Assembly (NCBI GenBank): GCA_032128375.1
Contig: JAQBGU010000049.1
Location: 1-55,715, forward strand
Direction: 5' to 3'
From: Deltaproteobacteria bacterium
GTDB taxonomy: Bacteria; Myxococcota_A; UBA9160; SMWR01
Length of the DNA: 55,715 bases
Below the pieces are notes generated by a model. That model was not told the origin of the DNA. It saw only the letters and a list, made by a program, of their open reading frames with translations, and did not search any database. Shown here one piece after another: positions 28,782-38,396 of this stretch. Within the stretch, counting starts at the first letter, position 1. Each line of letters opens with the position of its first letter. Made by a program: the position numbers and the translations under genes.

Positions 28782-29814
28782 ATGACGAAAAAGTGGGCGG
28801 AGCCGCAACCCGCCCGTGGCGGCGCGCTCAGCGATGATCAAGTCAGCAGCTGGCGCACCCGTGGCTTTGCTCTGATCGAGGGCCTGTTCCCCACCGACCT
28901 GATCGCGCGCGTGCGACACGATGCCGAGTTGGCCTTTCCTGCAGCGGGCAGCCAGGAGAGCAGACGCGTTACCGACTTCGGGAGTGGCGAACGGCTGGTG
29001 TTCCCGGCGGATAGCGATGCAGCGAACGAACTAACGTTACATCCGCGCTTACTCACTGCGGTTGCACGGCTACTCGGCGTCCCGACGCTGGAGCTGCGTC
29101 TCACCCAGTCGGACCTGTGGGTGAAATACGGCCGCGACGATCGCAACGGCGGCGACCGACCAGCGCATGCACGTCGATTACCCGAACCACACGCTCACTC
29201 ACCCGCCGCGCTGGCACGAGCCCGAGGCAGTCGAAGTCATCGTGTACCTATGTCATGTCGAGGACTGCGGAGGTGCGACGGCGGTCGTGCCGCGCACCGG
29301 TGACGACGACCCCGCCTACCCTTGGCCGATCGTCGCGACACCCGGCGTGGCCGGACTCGAGTGGGTCAACGACCGCGATGCCGCGGAGGCCTACCTCGAG
29401 CGAGTAGCCCCAGAGGTGGCTCGCTGGCGCGCCGAACACCTGTACCCGCGCGAGGTACACGCGCGCTTTCGTACCGGGACGGTCCTGCTCTACCGACACG
29501 ACACCTGGCATCGCGGCACGCCGCTCGAGCTGGGGACGATGCGCGCGGTGCACAACCTGACGTTCCGCAAGGCGGGCAGCGAGTGGGTGAGTACGCTGCA
29601 CACGGGCTGGGCGTGGGCGATGTACCGGCGCTCGCTGCCGATGGAGCGGTTGATTGCACGCGCGTCCGTTGAGCAGCGCTGCGTGCTCGGTTTCCCGGCG
29701 CCCGGCCACCCCTATTGGACACCGGAGACCGTCACCGCCGTCGGCGCGCGCTTCGGACCACTCGGCATGGACATGCGGCCTTACGAGAACCCGGTTTCCA
29801 CGACCCGCCGCTAG
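28782..29814 (+). pseudogene. PhyH family dioxygenase split by a frameshift near 29157
   Basis: N-half (WRTRGFALIEGLF...QSDLWVKYG) in one frame; C-half with HVD and HRG iron ligands in another. Confidence 0.8.
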
Positions 29815-29827
29815 TTCTTGCGGCGCC

Positions 29828-32800
29828 CTAAACCCGCTTCCGCACTCGCCTGAGGGCGGCCAGCACACTGAATGCAGTGAGCACCATGATGCCGGCTCCG
29901 GGCTCGGGGACCCGAAGTACGAGGTTCCCGCCGACGTCTTCCGGAAAATCGAAGTCGCCGAAGGACCCCACCTGAATCAGGTAGGTGTTACCCGCCTGCG
30001 CGTCGAACGCAAGCTGTGACTGAACGACTCCTGCGTCATCGTTGCACACTACAGGCGGAGCGCTGTCCAGCATCCCGCAACCCGGTGCCGCGTTCCACAC
30101 CGAGAGCACGGTGTCGTAGCGGGAAAGCAGAGAGTCGACTTCGACCCGACCGCTCGAGTTCGGAGTATACGAGTACCAAACGGTCGCCAGGTCCGGCCCG
30201 CTAGACGCGCCGCAGGCCCTGATATCTGGATCCGAGGAGTCCGGCGTCGCGGCACGCGTGTCGAGGCTATCGGTGAATGGGAAACCCGCCTGCGATACCA
30301 AAGTCGGAGTCGAGCAGGAGTTATTGGCGGGACGTTCGATTGTGGTGCTCGCCTGGGTGGCGTTCTGCGGCGCTCCCGCCTGCGTGCAAACCATCGTGTA
30401 TTGCGTGGTGGTGCTCGGGTTGACGCTCTGGAAGTCGCTGGTGAACCGCGGCCCCGTGAACTCGGGTGAGCCTGACGCGGTGCAGGCTCCGGCTTGAAAG
30501 CCGTACCAGACGAGGTCGTGTTCGCCGGTTTCCGGATCGAAGTGGAAGTTGGTGATCTCCACGTGGAAGGGCGGGTTGCCATCGATGTTGAGCTGGAAGC
30601 CCCCGTTCGAACTGGCGTCGAATCGAGAGACCTGGATCAGCAGCGGACTGAGGATCGTCACATCGAAGGCGATGGCGGAATCGAAAGTCGAGCCGCCTGC
30701 GCCATCGCAGGCGGTCGCGTCATTGCCGGATTCGTAGTCGTCGTTGAAATCGAGAAAGTTTCCCGTGGCGAAATCGTAGAGTGTGATTGCGGTGTCCTGT
30801 CCCGTTGCCACCCGCGTGCCGCACGTATTGATTCGGACGCTGCCAGTCGAAGTGGGCACGAAGCGATACCAGACGTCGGGTTCAGTGTCGATGTCTGGAA
30901 AGTCCGGTTCGGCCTGATGGAGGCTTCCAGCGAGCGTCCCGCCGGGGTGTAGGGTGGAATTTACCTGGTCGTCGTTGGGCGGCGGCTCGAGGATGGTCAG
31001 CCGGAAAGGGTCGGGCCCATCGTCAAAGCGCGACAAGCGCACCAAGGCCGGCACGCCTTGGGTTAGCATCACGCTGAACGCGGAGTCTCTCGTGAACCCC
31101 TGGTCGAGCGGCAGGCCGCTCAGCGGATCGTTCTGCGCACAGGCTGTGTCATCGTTGCCTAACTCCCAGTCGTCGCTGGAGATGATCTCGTTTCCCGGGG
31201 AGCAGCCGCTGTGGAGCGAAAGCACGCTATCGAGCCCCTGGTCAACGGCTGGCGAATCGCTGCTGCCGCAGGTGTTCATGCGAACCTCGCCGGTCTTCGT
31301 GGGGACAAACTGGAACCACACGTCGGGCTGGTCATCGAAGCCGTCCGAGAGCGACGAACCGTCGCGAGTCGCGCCCGCGAGCGTTCCGAGGCTGGTTCCC
31401 GTTCCGACGAGCTGCGGAGAAAGGCAGGAGTCGTTCCCGCCGGGGATTCCAAGCGGATCGGGAGCCAGCGACGCAACGACCGCCAACGGTGAACCCGCTT
31501 CGAGAGCCGTCAGCGTTGCGCTCGTCGCGACTGGGGGTGCGTTCGCGTCGAAAGCGAAGTTGAAAAGGGTGCCCCAGTCGAGCGAGTTGCCCACCGGAGC
31601 CGTCCAGGTAATCGATACGCCAGGGGTGATGGTGACGGTCCAGTCGTTGCCCGCATTTGTGTCGATGTCATTGAACTCTGCATTGCTCACGACGACGTTG
31701 GCAGCCAGGGGAAGGCTGAACGAGCTGAGTTGGCGATCGAAATCGAAGTTCATCAGCGCAAACTCGTAGTGGAAGCTCTCGCCCTCGGTGGTGGTCTTGA
31801 CTGCGAGCTGGAAACTCCCTTCTGCGGATTCGACGAGCGTGCTGGCGGCACCGTTGGGCGGAAAGTTCGGGTCCACGAACTGGTCGAGGATCGAGCCCTG
31901 GCGCAGCTCGGTCTCGAACGTGAAGCCCCAAGTTTCGTTCGTCAGCACGGGGGCAACCCGCCGGTTGCCCATGCTGTTCATGATGTCGACGTCGTTTCTG
32001 ACCACGTACCAGGACTCGATGAAGTACTGCGCGCCCGGCGTTTGGAGATCGGGCTCTTGTACGACCAACAGGTGTTCGAAGGCGTCATGGTCGGCGCGCT
32101 GGTGCGACCGGAAGTCGTCGTTCTGTTCGTTCAGCGGTGCTCCGAAGTTGTCGAAATGCGAGCCGACCCGGGTCCATTGACCCGTGCTTACCGTTACCTC
32201 GCTGCGCGGAGCGAAGTGCAATCGATCCGAGTTGTTCCCGGCGCCGTAGCGATCGCTGCAGGCCGGATACAGAACCTGGCCTCCCGGGCACGTGCAGCCC
32301 GAGTTCACCGCATAGAAGGCGTGCTTGATGTCGGATTGTCCGATCTGCCGCATTCTCCCGTCGGCCAGGCGAAAGAAGTGGAGCGACAAGTAGGGGTGCT
32401 CACCAATCAATGCGGGGTCTCCGAGAGGCTCCGCGGAGTCCGGCAAGATCGCTTGTCCCCACGCCACGGAACCGATGCCGACATTGGTGAGGTCGGCCGC
32501 CGGTGCCATCGCGACCCGGCCTCCCGGCTCTCGCGCCCCCAACTGAGAAAGGGCCAAGAGCCCCGACAGTTCGACGTCGATTTCGAGAGCCGGATTCGGG
32601 GGATCGCAACTCACGCCGGCCTGAATGGAGGAGGCCGATAGTTCCGAGATTGGGTCGCGCTGTGCAAGCTCTGCCTGGAAGGCGATGTCAGCCGTGCCGA
32701 CGAAAGTTTCCGCGAGGTCCGGCCGACCGAGAGCCGCCGCGAACTCGGGCGAGAGCAACATGTCGCAGTTGAGCAGTCGCAGCTCACTGCCGTCAGCGGA

Positions 32801-33259
32801 ACTCCCGGTGTGGGCGCTGCCCAGCCGGAACCAGCGCTGGCCTTCCGAATCGTAGAGGTCGAAGATGTACGGCTCTTCCGCGGCACGCAGTTCGAAGCCC
32901 TGGAGTGACAGCTGCAGGTCGTCGAACGCGAGCGTGAGACCGCCGGAGTGAGTGAGGGAACCGCTACTGAAGCCAGCGTTGTTCGGGTACGCCCCGGCGT
33001 AGGACAGTCGCGCCCCGGCTTGGATCGCGAACGCGAGTGCGCCCGCTCGAGCCGGTTCGGCTCTGGGGATGGCGCCGATCACCTCGACCCCCAGCCCCCG
33101 GAGAAGCGCGGTGTCGAAGAGGATCGAGGTCCGCCCGACCGCAGCTGCTGTCGCGCTGTCGTCGGCCAGAGGCGGCGAGCCCGTCGTCGCGACCAGCAAG
33201 ACGGTCAGCGTGCACAGAGCCGGGGCGCCTCGGAAGACCAGACGGAGCCAATTACGCAT
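29828..33259 (-). CDS. Large secreted multidomain PEP-CTERM protein
   Basis: Signal peptide; C-terminal VPEP, TM helix and RRVRKRV; three ND..DVW(F/Y)..(T)CG..D(S/T)V..ND beta modules. Confidence 0.88.
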   Translation of the reverse strand: MRNWLRLVFRGAPALCTLTVLLVATTGSPPLADDSATAAAVGRTSILFDTALLRGLGVEVIGAIPRAEPARAGALAFAIQAGARLSYAGAYPNNAGFSSGSLTHSGGLTLAFDDLQLSLQGFELRAAEEPYIFDLYDSEGQRWFRLGSAHTGSSADGSELRLLNCDMLLSPEFAAALGRPDLAETFVGTADIAFQAELAQRDPISELSASSIQAGVSCDPPNPALEIDVELSGLLALSQLGAREPGGRVAMAPAADLTNVGIGSVAWGQAILPDSAEPLGDPALIGEHPYLSLHFFRLADGRMRQIGQSDIKHAFYAVNSGCTCPGGQVLYPACSDRYGAGNNSDRLHFAPRSEVTVSTGQWTRVGSHFDNFGAPLNEQNDDFRSHQRADHDAFEHLLVVQEPDLQTPGAQYFIESWYVVRNDVDIMNSMGNRRVAPVLTNETWGFTFETELRQGSILDQFVDPNFPPNGAASTLVESAEGSFQLAVKTTTEGESFHYEFALMNFDFDRQLSSFSLPLAANVVVSNAEFNDIDTNAGNDWTVTITPGVSITWTAPVGNSLDWGTLFNFAFDANAPPVATSATLTALEAGSPLAVVASLAPDPLGIPGGNDSCLSPQLVGTGTSLGTLAGATRDGSSLSDGFDDQPDVWFQFVPTKTGEVRMNTCGSSDSPAVDQGLDSVLSLHSGCSPGNEIISSDDWELGNDDTACAQNDPLSGLPLDQGFTRDSAFSVMLTQGVPALVRLSRFDDGPDPFRLTILEPPPNDDQVNSTLHPGGTLAGSLHQAEPDFPDIDTEPDVWYRFVPTSTGSVRINTCGTRVATGQDTAITLYDFATGNFLDFNDDYESGNDATACDGAGGSTFDSAIAFDVTILSPLLIQVSRFDASSNGGFQLNIDGNPPFHVEITNFHFDPETGEHDLVWYGFQAGACTASGSPEFTGPRFTSDFQSVNPSTTTQYTMVCTQAGAPQNATQASTTIERPANNSCSTPTLVSQAGFPFTDSLDTRAATPDSSDPDIRACGASSGPDLATVWYSYTPNSSGRVEVDSLLSRYDTVLSVWNAAPGCGMLDSAPPVVCNDDAGVVQSQLAFDAQAGNTYLIQVGSFGDFDFPEDVGGNLVLRVPEPGAGIMVLTAFSVLAALRRVRKRV

Positions 33260-33487
33260 CTTTGATTCCCCTCTTGCCGTCTTGCTTATCACCGGAACAG
33301 CTCCCCATACTTGGGGGAACAACAATTCTGAGTCGTTTCAGTGGGATAAAAGATAGAACGTCCGGAGGCCGCGGTCTTGTCAGTCCAGTGAAGTGGCCAA
33401 TTTCCCACGACTATTGTGATTCTAGATTACAAGAAAACCGGAAGAGCGAACTCGGCGCTCGGTCCCAGAACGGAAGCGAAACAACCC

Positions 33488-33505
33488 ACTGGACTCGAGT
33501 CCAGT
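33488..33505. promoter_or_regulatory. Perfect 18-bp palindrome, candidate operator or hairpin
   Basis: actggactcgagtccagt; cccactgg (33485) and ccagtggg (33514) form a second inverted pair. Confidence 0.4.
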
Positions 33506-33611
33506 TCGACAGACCAGTGGGCTCGAGTTCGAGGACCTGAAGGAGCGTCGCTGGCATCCAGGCTGGACAGCGTTTGTTTCACTACCGCGTTACCCCGACC
33601 TGGGTTCGTTC

Positions 33612-34190
33612 TCAGCCGTGCGGAATCTTCCCATCCGGCGGCCACAGTGCCACGCCATCCTCCAGCGGGATTTCGAGACTTCGCAGCACGGACGCAATCA
33701 TTCGCCAGGTTCCGATCGCCGCGACCAGCTCGATCAGCACGGTCGGATCGTTCGGATCACCGATCTCTCTTTCGAGTGCCGCCCAGGTTTCGGGCGAGAT
33801 CGCACCCGCTTGCAAAGTCTCGTCGGTCGCGGTGAGCACCGCGCGGTCCGCATCACTGAATCGATCCGAAGTCGTCCAATCCCGTACCGCCAGCAGGTCT
33901 TCTTCAGACACCCCCAACTCAACAGCGACCTTCCAATGCTGGGTCCACTCGTACACCGACCCGGTCTGCCAGCCAAGACGCATGATCACCAGCTCGCGCA
34001 ACCGCGCGTCGAGGCTGCCACGGAACAAGAGCGAGATCAGCAGGTCTTGGACGGCCTTCGCGACCGTCGGTTGGTGGAGTAGCGCGCGGAATACATTGAG
34101 CTCGGCCATCTGCGGCAGCACGCCGACTTGCCCGGCCGCCTTGCTGGCGGCCTCTTTCGCGAGCAAGGGGACTCTGGATTCAGCCATCAT
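33612..34190 (-). CDS. Carboxymuconolactone decarboxylase/AhpD-like family protein
   Basis: LDARLRELVIMR, YEWTQH, FSDADRAVL. Confidence 0.9.
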   Translation of the reverse strand: MMAESRVPLLAKEAASKAAGQVGVLPQMAELNVFRALLHQPTVAKAVQDLLISLLFRGSLDARLRELVIMRLGWQTGSVYEWTQHWKVAVELGVSEEDLLAVRDWTTSDRFSDADRAVLTATDETLQAGAISPETWAALEREIGDPNDPTVLIELVAAIGTWRMIASVLRSLEIPLEDGVALWPPDGKIPHG

Positions 34191-35353
34191 CCGATCCCAT
34201 ACGCGCGCAAGACATTGCCCCCCAGGAAGCCTGCGCGTGCGGATTCCGGCAGCTGCCGAACGATGCGCTCCACTTCGGGAACGTATTCGGGCGGGTGGTC
34301 AGGGTGCGGGAAGTCCGACGCCCAGAAGAAGCGGTCTTCACCGACCAGCGGAATGATCGCCGAAAGCGAAGTCTCATCCGGGTCGCCAGAGATCCAGCAC
34401 TGCCGCTTGAAATAGAAACTCGGCTTCTGCTTGAGCAATGCGCGCACCCGAATGCCTTGCGGTGACGCGTAGACCGCGTCCATCCGGTCGAGCCAGTATC
34501 CGATCCAGCCGGCGCCAGATTCCAGGACCACCACGCGGAGTTCAGGAAAAAGATCGAATACACCGTATTGGAACAGCGACGTGAACGCGTGTCGAACCGC
34601 GTCCGGCGCCGTCACATTGATGGAGAACGAATACTGACCACTGGTGTAGTCTCCGAACCGACCCGGGCCGGCCCACTTCGGCTCGAAGCAGGGGTGAATC
34701 CCGAACGGCAGCCCCAACTCTTCGGCGGCAGCAAACACCCTATGATGTGCGGGGTCCCCGAGCGGCTTGCGGGTCATCGTGAACGGTGGCACCCAGACCC
34801 CTTTGACGCCTGCTGTGGCCGCGCGTCGGAGTTCCGCTTCTGCCGCGTCGGGATCACCGAGCGACAGCTGCGCGACTGGGATCAGGCGCCCGCCGGAGTC
34901 GGCACAGAACTCGACGATCCAGCGGTTGTAGGCGCGCAGATAGGCCTGCGTCAAGTCCTCGTCCTCGCACTCTGCAATCCACAACACATTCAACGTCGGA
35001 TACAGAAAGACGCGTTCGATGTTTTCCTGGTCGATCCGCGCAATCCGTTCGGCCGGGTCCATGGCACCGAACGGCGCGTTGTCCACGTAGTCGCAGCCGG
35101 TCTTCTCGCGTTCATAGACGATCCCGCCGACGAGGTCCATCGCACCCAAGCCGGCCGGCATTCCATTGCGAACCAGCTTCGAGGGTCGGCCGTCGATCTC
35201 CAGGTACTCGAGGCCTTTGTCGTCCCTCTTGATTCGCAGCGCGCGGTCTCGATACGCGGGCTCGAGGTAGCGCTCCCAAAGGTCCGGCGGTTCCAGGATG
35301 TGACCGTCGGCGTCTACCGCGCCGTCGAATTCGAGTCGGGGGAGGGTTTTCAT
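34187..35353 (-). CDS. Amidohydrolase_2 family protein
   Basis: DADGHILEP, IHP, LESGAGW, WASDFPHPD. Confidence 0.93.
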   Translation of the reverse strand: MKTLPRLEFDGAVDADGHILEPPDLWERYLEPAYRDRALRIKRDDKGLEYLEIDGRPSKLVRNGMPAGLGAMDLVGGIVYEREKTGCDYVDNAPFGAMDPAERIARIDQENIERVFLYPTLNVLWIAECEDEDLTQAYLRAYNRWIVEFCADSGGRLIPVAQLSLGDPDAAEAELRRAATAGVKGVWVPPFTMTRKPLGDPAHHRVFAAAEELGLPFGIHPCFEPKWAGPGRFGDYTSGQYSFSINVTAPDAVRHAFTSLFQYGVFDLFPELRVVVLESGAGWIGYWLDRMDAVYASPQGIRVRALLKQKPSFYFKRQCWISGDPDETSLSAIIPLVGEDRFFWASDFPHPDHPPEYVPEVERIVRQLPESARAGFLGGNVLRAYGIG

Positions 35354-35437
35354 GCTCTTCCTTGGCTGACGTGACGGCTGATGGAACGGCTGATGCGATC
35401 GAATTTTTCTTCGGTGCCCGCCGTGCATCCTAGCCGA

Positions 35438-36193
35438 TCAACTGAGCGTTCGACCCGCCGTCCAGCGATCGAACGCGTTCAGCGTGACGTCGGGCTCCTC
35501 GACGTGAATCCAGTGACCACAGCCCGGGACGACCACGAGCTCGGCGTCCGAGAGTTTCGACGCGATGATCTCCGATGCCTGGGGTCCCATCGGATCCTTC
35601 TCGCCGACAAGCAGCAGCACCGGGCACGCGATCTGCTCGAGTTTCGGAGTGAGCGGGTCATCGAACAAGCTCTTCAGCGTGCGCGTTACGTGCGCGATTC
35701 CGCCCCCGTCGCCCGCGATCTTCATTTTCGATTTCTGGCCGTAGATCGCACGGGCGAGGCCCGCCGTCCCGTCGGTCTCGCCCGCCAATGCGATGCGCTC
35801 GTACCAACCCGCCACTTTTTGGCTGCATTGAGAGGCGGTCCCGATCAGAACCAGCCCGGCGACCCGATCCGGAAAAGCGATTGCCGTCGCCATCGACACG
35901 ATGCCGCCCATCGAGTGTCCGACGAGCACCGCGCGGTCGAGCTCGAGCGCATCGAGCACACCGATCGCGTCGGCCGCGAGATCGGCGCGTGTGTACGGAC
36001 CGGCCGGTGCGCCGGATTCGCCGTGACCGCGCTGGTCGTAGCGTACCAGGCGTCCGCGCTCCGCGAGCGGCGCGGCGATCCGGTCCCAGGTTTCCAATGT
36101 ATCGACCAACCCGTGCAGGCACAGCAGGTTCGGCGAACCCGATCTCGAAGCGTCTACGCGCAATTCGGTGTCGCCTACACGAACGAGTTCCAT
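35438..36193 (-). CDS. Alpha/beta hydrolase (PcaD-like)
   Basis: HG, DQRGHGES, GHSMGG, GEKD, GHW. Confidence 0.93.
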   Translation of the reverse strand: MELVRVGDTELRVDASRSGSPNLLCLHGLVDTLETWDRIAAPLAERGRLVRYDQRGHGESGAPAGPYTRADLAADAIGVLDALELDRAVLVGHSMGGIVSMATAIAFPDRVAGLVLIGTASQCSQKVAGWYERIALAGETDGTAGLARAIYGQKSKMKIAGDGGGIAHVTRTLKSLFDDPLTPKLEQIACPVLLLVGEKDPMGPQASEIIASKLSDAELVVVPGCGHWIHVEEPDVTLNAFDRWTAGRTLS

Positions 36194-36262
36194 CTAGCTC
36201 TCCAGTCGAATCTTGTTCCTTCAGTCGGAGTTGGTCGCTACCTTGGTGCGGCGACGCTACGG

Positions 36263-37108
36263 CTAAATGCAGCCGTTTTGCTCGCTGCCGCGGACGATCA
36301 GGTACGGCCTCGCATCGCCCACCGCTTCCGCGCCAGGCAAGAACTTGCACGTCGCGCTCGCATAGTGGGATGAGATCGCGCGGCGGAAGCCGGACGAGCG
36401 GTTCTGGCCCGAACCGTGCAACAGAATCGGGTGAAAGAACACGACGTCGCCCGGATCCATTTCGAGGTGCACGCGGCCTTCGTGCGCGCCGACTCCCTTC
36501 GCAGAGAAGTACGCGAGGTTGACGTGGTCCCAGCCCGGGTTTTCATGCGCGAGCAGTTCGCCCTTGTGGGATCCGGGGATGACGACGAGGCATCCGTTTT
36601 CTCGCGTGCAGGTTTCCAGCGCGGTCCAGGTCGCGACGATTCGATCGGCTGGACGGAACGGGAAATACAACAGGTCCTGGTGGAACGGGTGACGGCCGTC
36701 GACGTTCGGCGGCTTGTTGATCAGCATGTTGTGAATCATCTTGATATCGGGACCGATGAAGTCGGCCACCCAATCGAGCAGCTTTTCGTGCTTCGCGTAG
36801 CCGTCGAACAGCACAGGGTCGTTGTGGAAATCCTGGATCTTCGCAATCGCTTCCAGACGCGTGGCGGGGTTCACGACGCCCTTGGCGACCATGACGTCGC
36901 GCATCACCAGCATGCCATCGGGAATCTCGACTTCGCCGTCGACGATCGCAGTCAAGCGTTGCTTCCAGGTTTCGAGTTCTGCGGATTCGAAAAAGCCGCG
37001 CAGCACGAGGAATCCCTGTTCGTCGTAATCGCGTCGCTGCGACGGGCTCAGCCGAGGACCCGATGACGCTGTGGTTGGATTGGTGTTCGACACGGTCTCA
37101 GAGATCAC
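36263..37108 (-). CDS. Phytanoyl-CoA dioxygenase, eukaryotic PHYH-like
   Basis: MLINKPP, HQDLLYFPFRP, NGCLVVIPGSH, HGSGQN..GFRRAISSHYAS; start uncertain. Confidence 0.9.
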   Translation of the reverse strand: MISETVSNTNPTTASSGPRLSPSQRRDYDEQGFLVLRGFFESAELETWKQRLTAIVDGEVEIPDGMLVMRDVMVAKGVVNPATRLEAIAKIQDFHNDPVLFDGYAKHEKLLDWVADFIGPDIKMIHNMLINKPPNVDGRHPFHQDLLYFPFRPADRIVATWTALETCTRENGCLVVIPGSHKGELLAHENPGWDHVNLAYFSAKGVGAHEGRVHLEMDPGDVVFFHPILLHGSGQNRSSGFRRAISSHYASATCKFLPGAEAVGDARPYLIVRGSEQNGCI

Positions 37109-37224
37109 GGTTCTCTCGCCTCGCTTTTCGATCCGGGCGCTTTGGATCACGGCGAAGGCTGCTCCTTGCCACAGTCCAGCAGATATATACAATAGGAAAA
37201 TAAAGACGTCGATCGGATAATTTC

Positions 37225-38322
37225 ATGATCCCGAGCAAGACCCTCGCCATGGTTCAAACGGGGCCCCGACAGCTCGAACCGAGGGACCTCCCGATTCCCG
37301 AAATCAGCGATGATTCAGCGCTGCTCAGAATAGAAGCCTGCGGCATTTGCGGCAGCGATTACGAGCAGTACGAGGGTGTATTGCGCACCCCGATGCCGGC
37401 GATTCCCGGCCATGAACCGCTCGGTGTGATCGCAAAGATCGGCGATCGCGCGGCCGCGCGCTGGGGCGTCGACGTCGGCGACCGAGTCGCTGTGGAAACC
37501 ATGTTGTCGTGTCGCTTCTGCGACCCGTGCCTCCAAGGGCGCTACCACCTGTGCCGCTCGCGCCGGATCTACTCGTACATCCCGTTGTCGGACGAGCCCG
37601 GCTTGTGGGGTTCGTATGCGGAGTACATGTATCTCGATCCGAACTCGGTGGTTCACAAGGTCGACTCGACGCTTCCGCCGGAAGTCGCCGTGATGTTCAA
37701 CCCACTCGGCGCGGGCTTCCGTTGGGCGGTGGAAATTCCGAAGACGGGGCCCGGTGACACGGTGATGATCCTCGGCCCCGGCCAACGCGGCTTGATGAGC
37801 ATCCTCGCTGCACGCGAAGCCGGCGCGGATAAGATCATCGTCACCGGTCTAGAAGCTGATGCGAAAAAGCTCGCGCTCGCACGCGAATTCGGTGCGGACC
37901 ACACCATCGATGTCCAGAACGAGGTGGCCAAGCATCGCGTCCGAGAGATCACCGACGGTGTCGGAGCCGATATCGTCGTCGACGTTTCATCGTACGCGAC
38001 CGAACCCGTCGCCGAGGCGCTCGACTACGTGGCACCGGGCGGCTGCATCGTGCTCGCAGGTGTCAAGGGATTCAAGCCGATTCCAGATTTCGTATCCGAC
38101 AAGATCGTGTTGAAGGAGATCACGATCCACGGTGCGATCGGTGTGACGTCGACGGGCTACAAGAGCGCGATCCGTTTGCTCGAGTCGCGCCGCCATCCGG
38201 TCGAGAAGATGCACACGCACGATTTCTCGTTGCGCGACGCGGAACTCGCGATTCAAACACTCGCGCGAGAGATCCCGGGCGAGGAGTCGATTCACTCGTG
38301 TCTGAGACCCGGAATGGACTGA
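37225..38322 (+). CDS. Zinc-binding alcohol dehydrogenase (MDR)
   Basis: CGICGSD, GHE, CRFCDPC..C structural Zn, GPGQRG. Confidence 0.93.
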   Translation: MIPSKTLAMVQTGPRQLEPRDLPIPEISDDSALLRIEACGICGSDYEQYEGVLRTPMPAIPGHEPLGVIAKIGDRAAARWGVDVGDRVAVETMLSCRFCDPCLQGRYHLCRSRRIYSYIPLSDEPGLWGSYAEYMYLDPNSVVHKVDSTLPPEVAVMFNPLGAGFRWAVEIPKTGPGDTVMILGPGQRGLMSILAAREAGADKIIVTGLEADAKKLALAREFGADHTIDVQNEVAKHRVREITDGVGADIVVDVSSYATEPVAEALDYVAPGGCIVLAGVKGFKPIPDFVSDKIVLKEITIHGAIGVTSTGYKSAIRLLESRRHPVEKMHTHDFSLRDAELAIQTLAREIPGEESIHSCLRPGMD

Positions 38323-38396
38323 TGCCACCCGTACATGCCAATTTCAAACCCTGACCGGGTGTTCACGAGAATCGGGTTCACAAAGGGGATCGCCGG

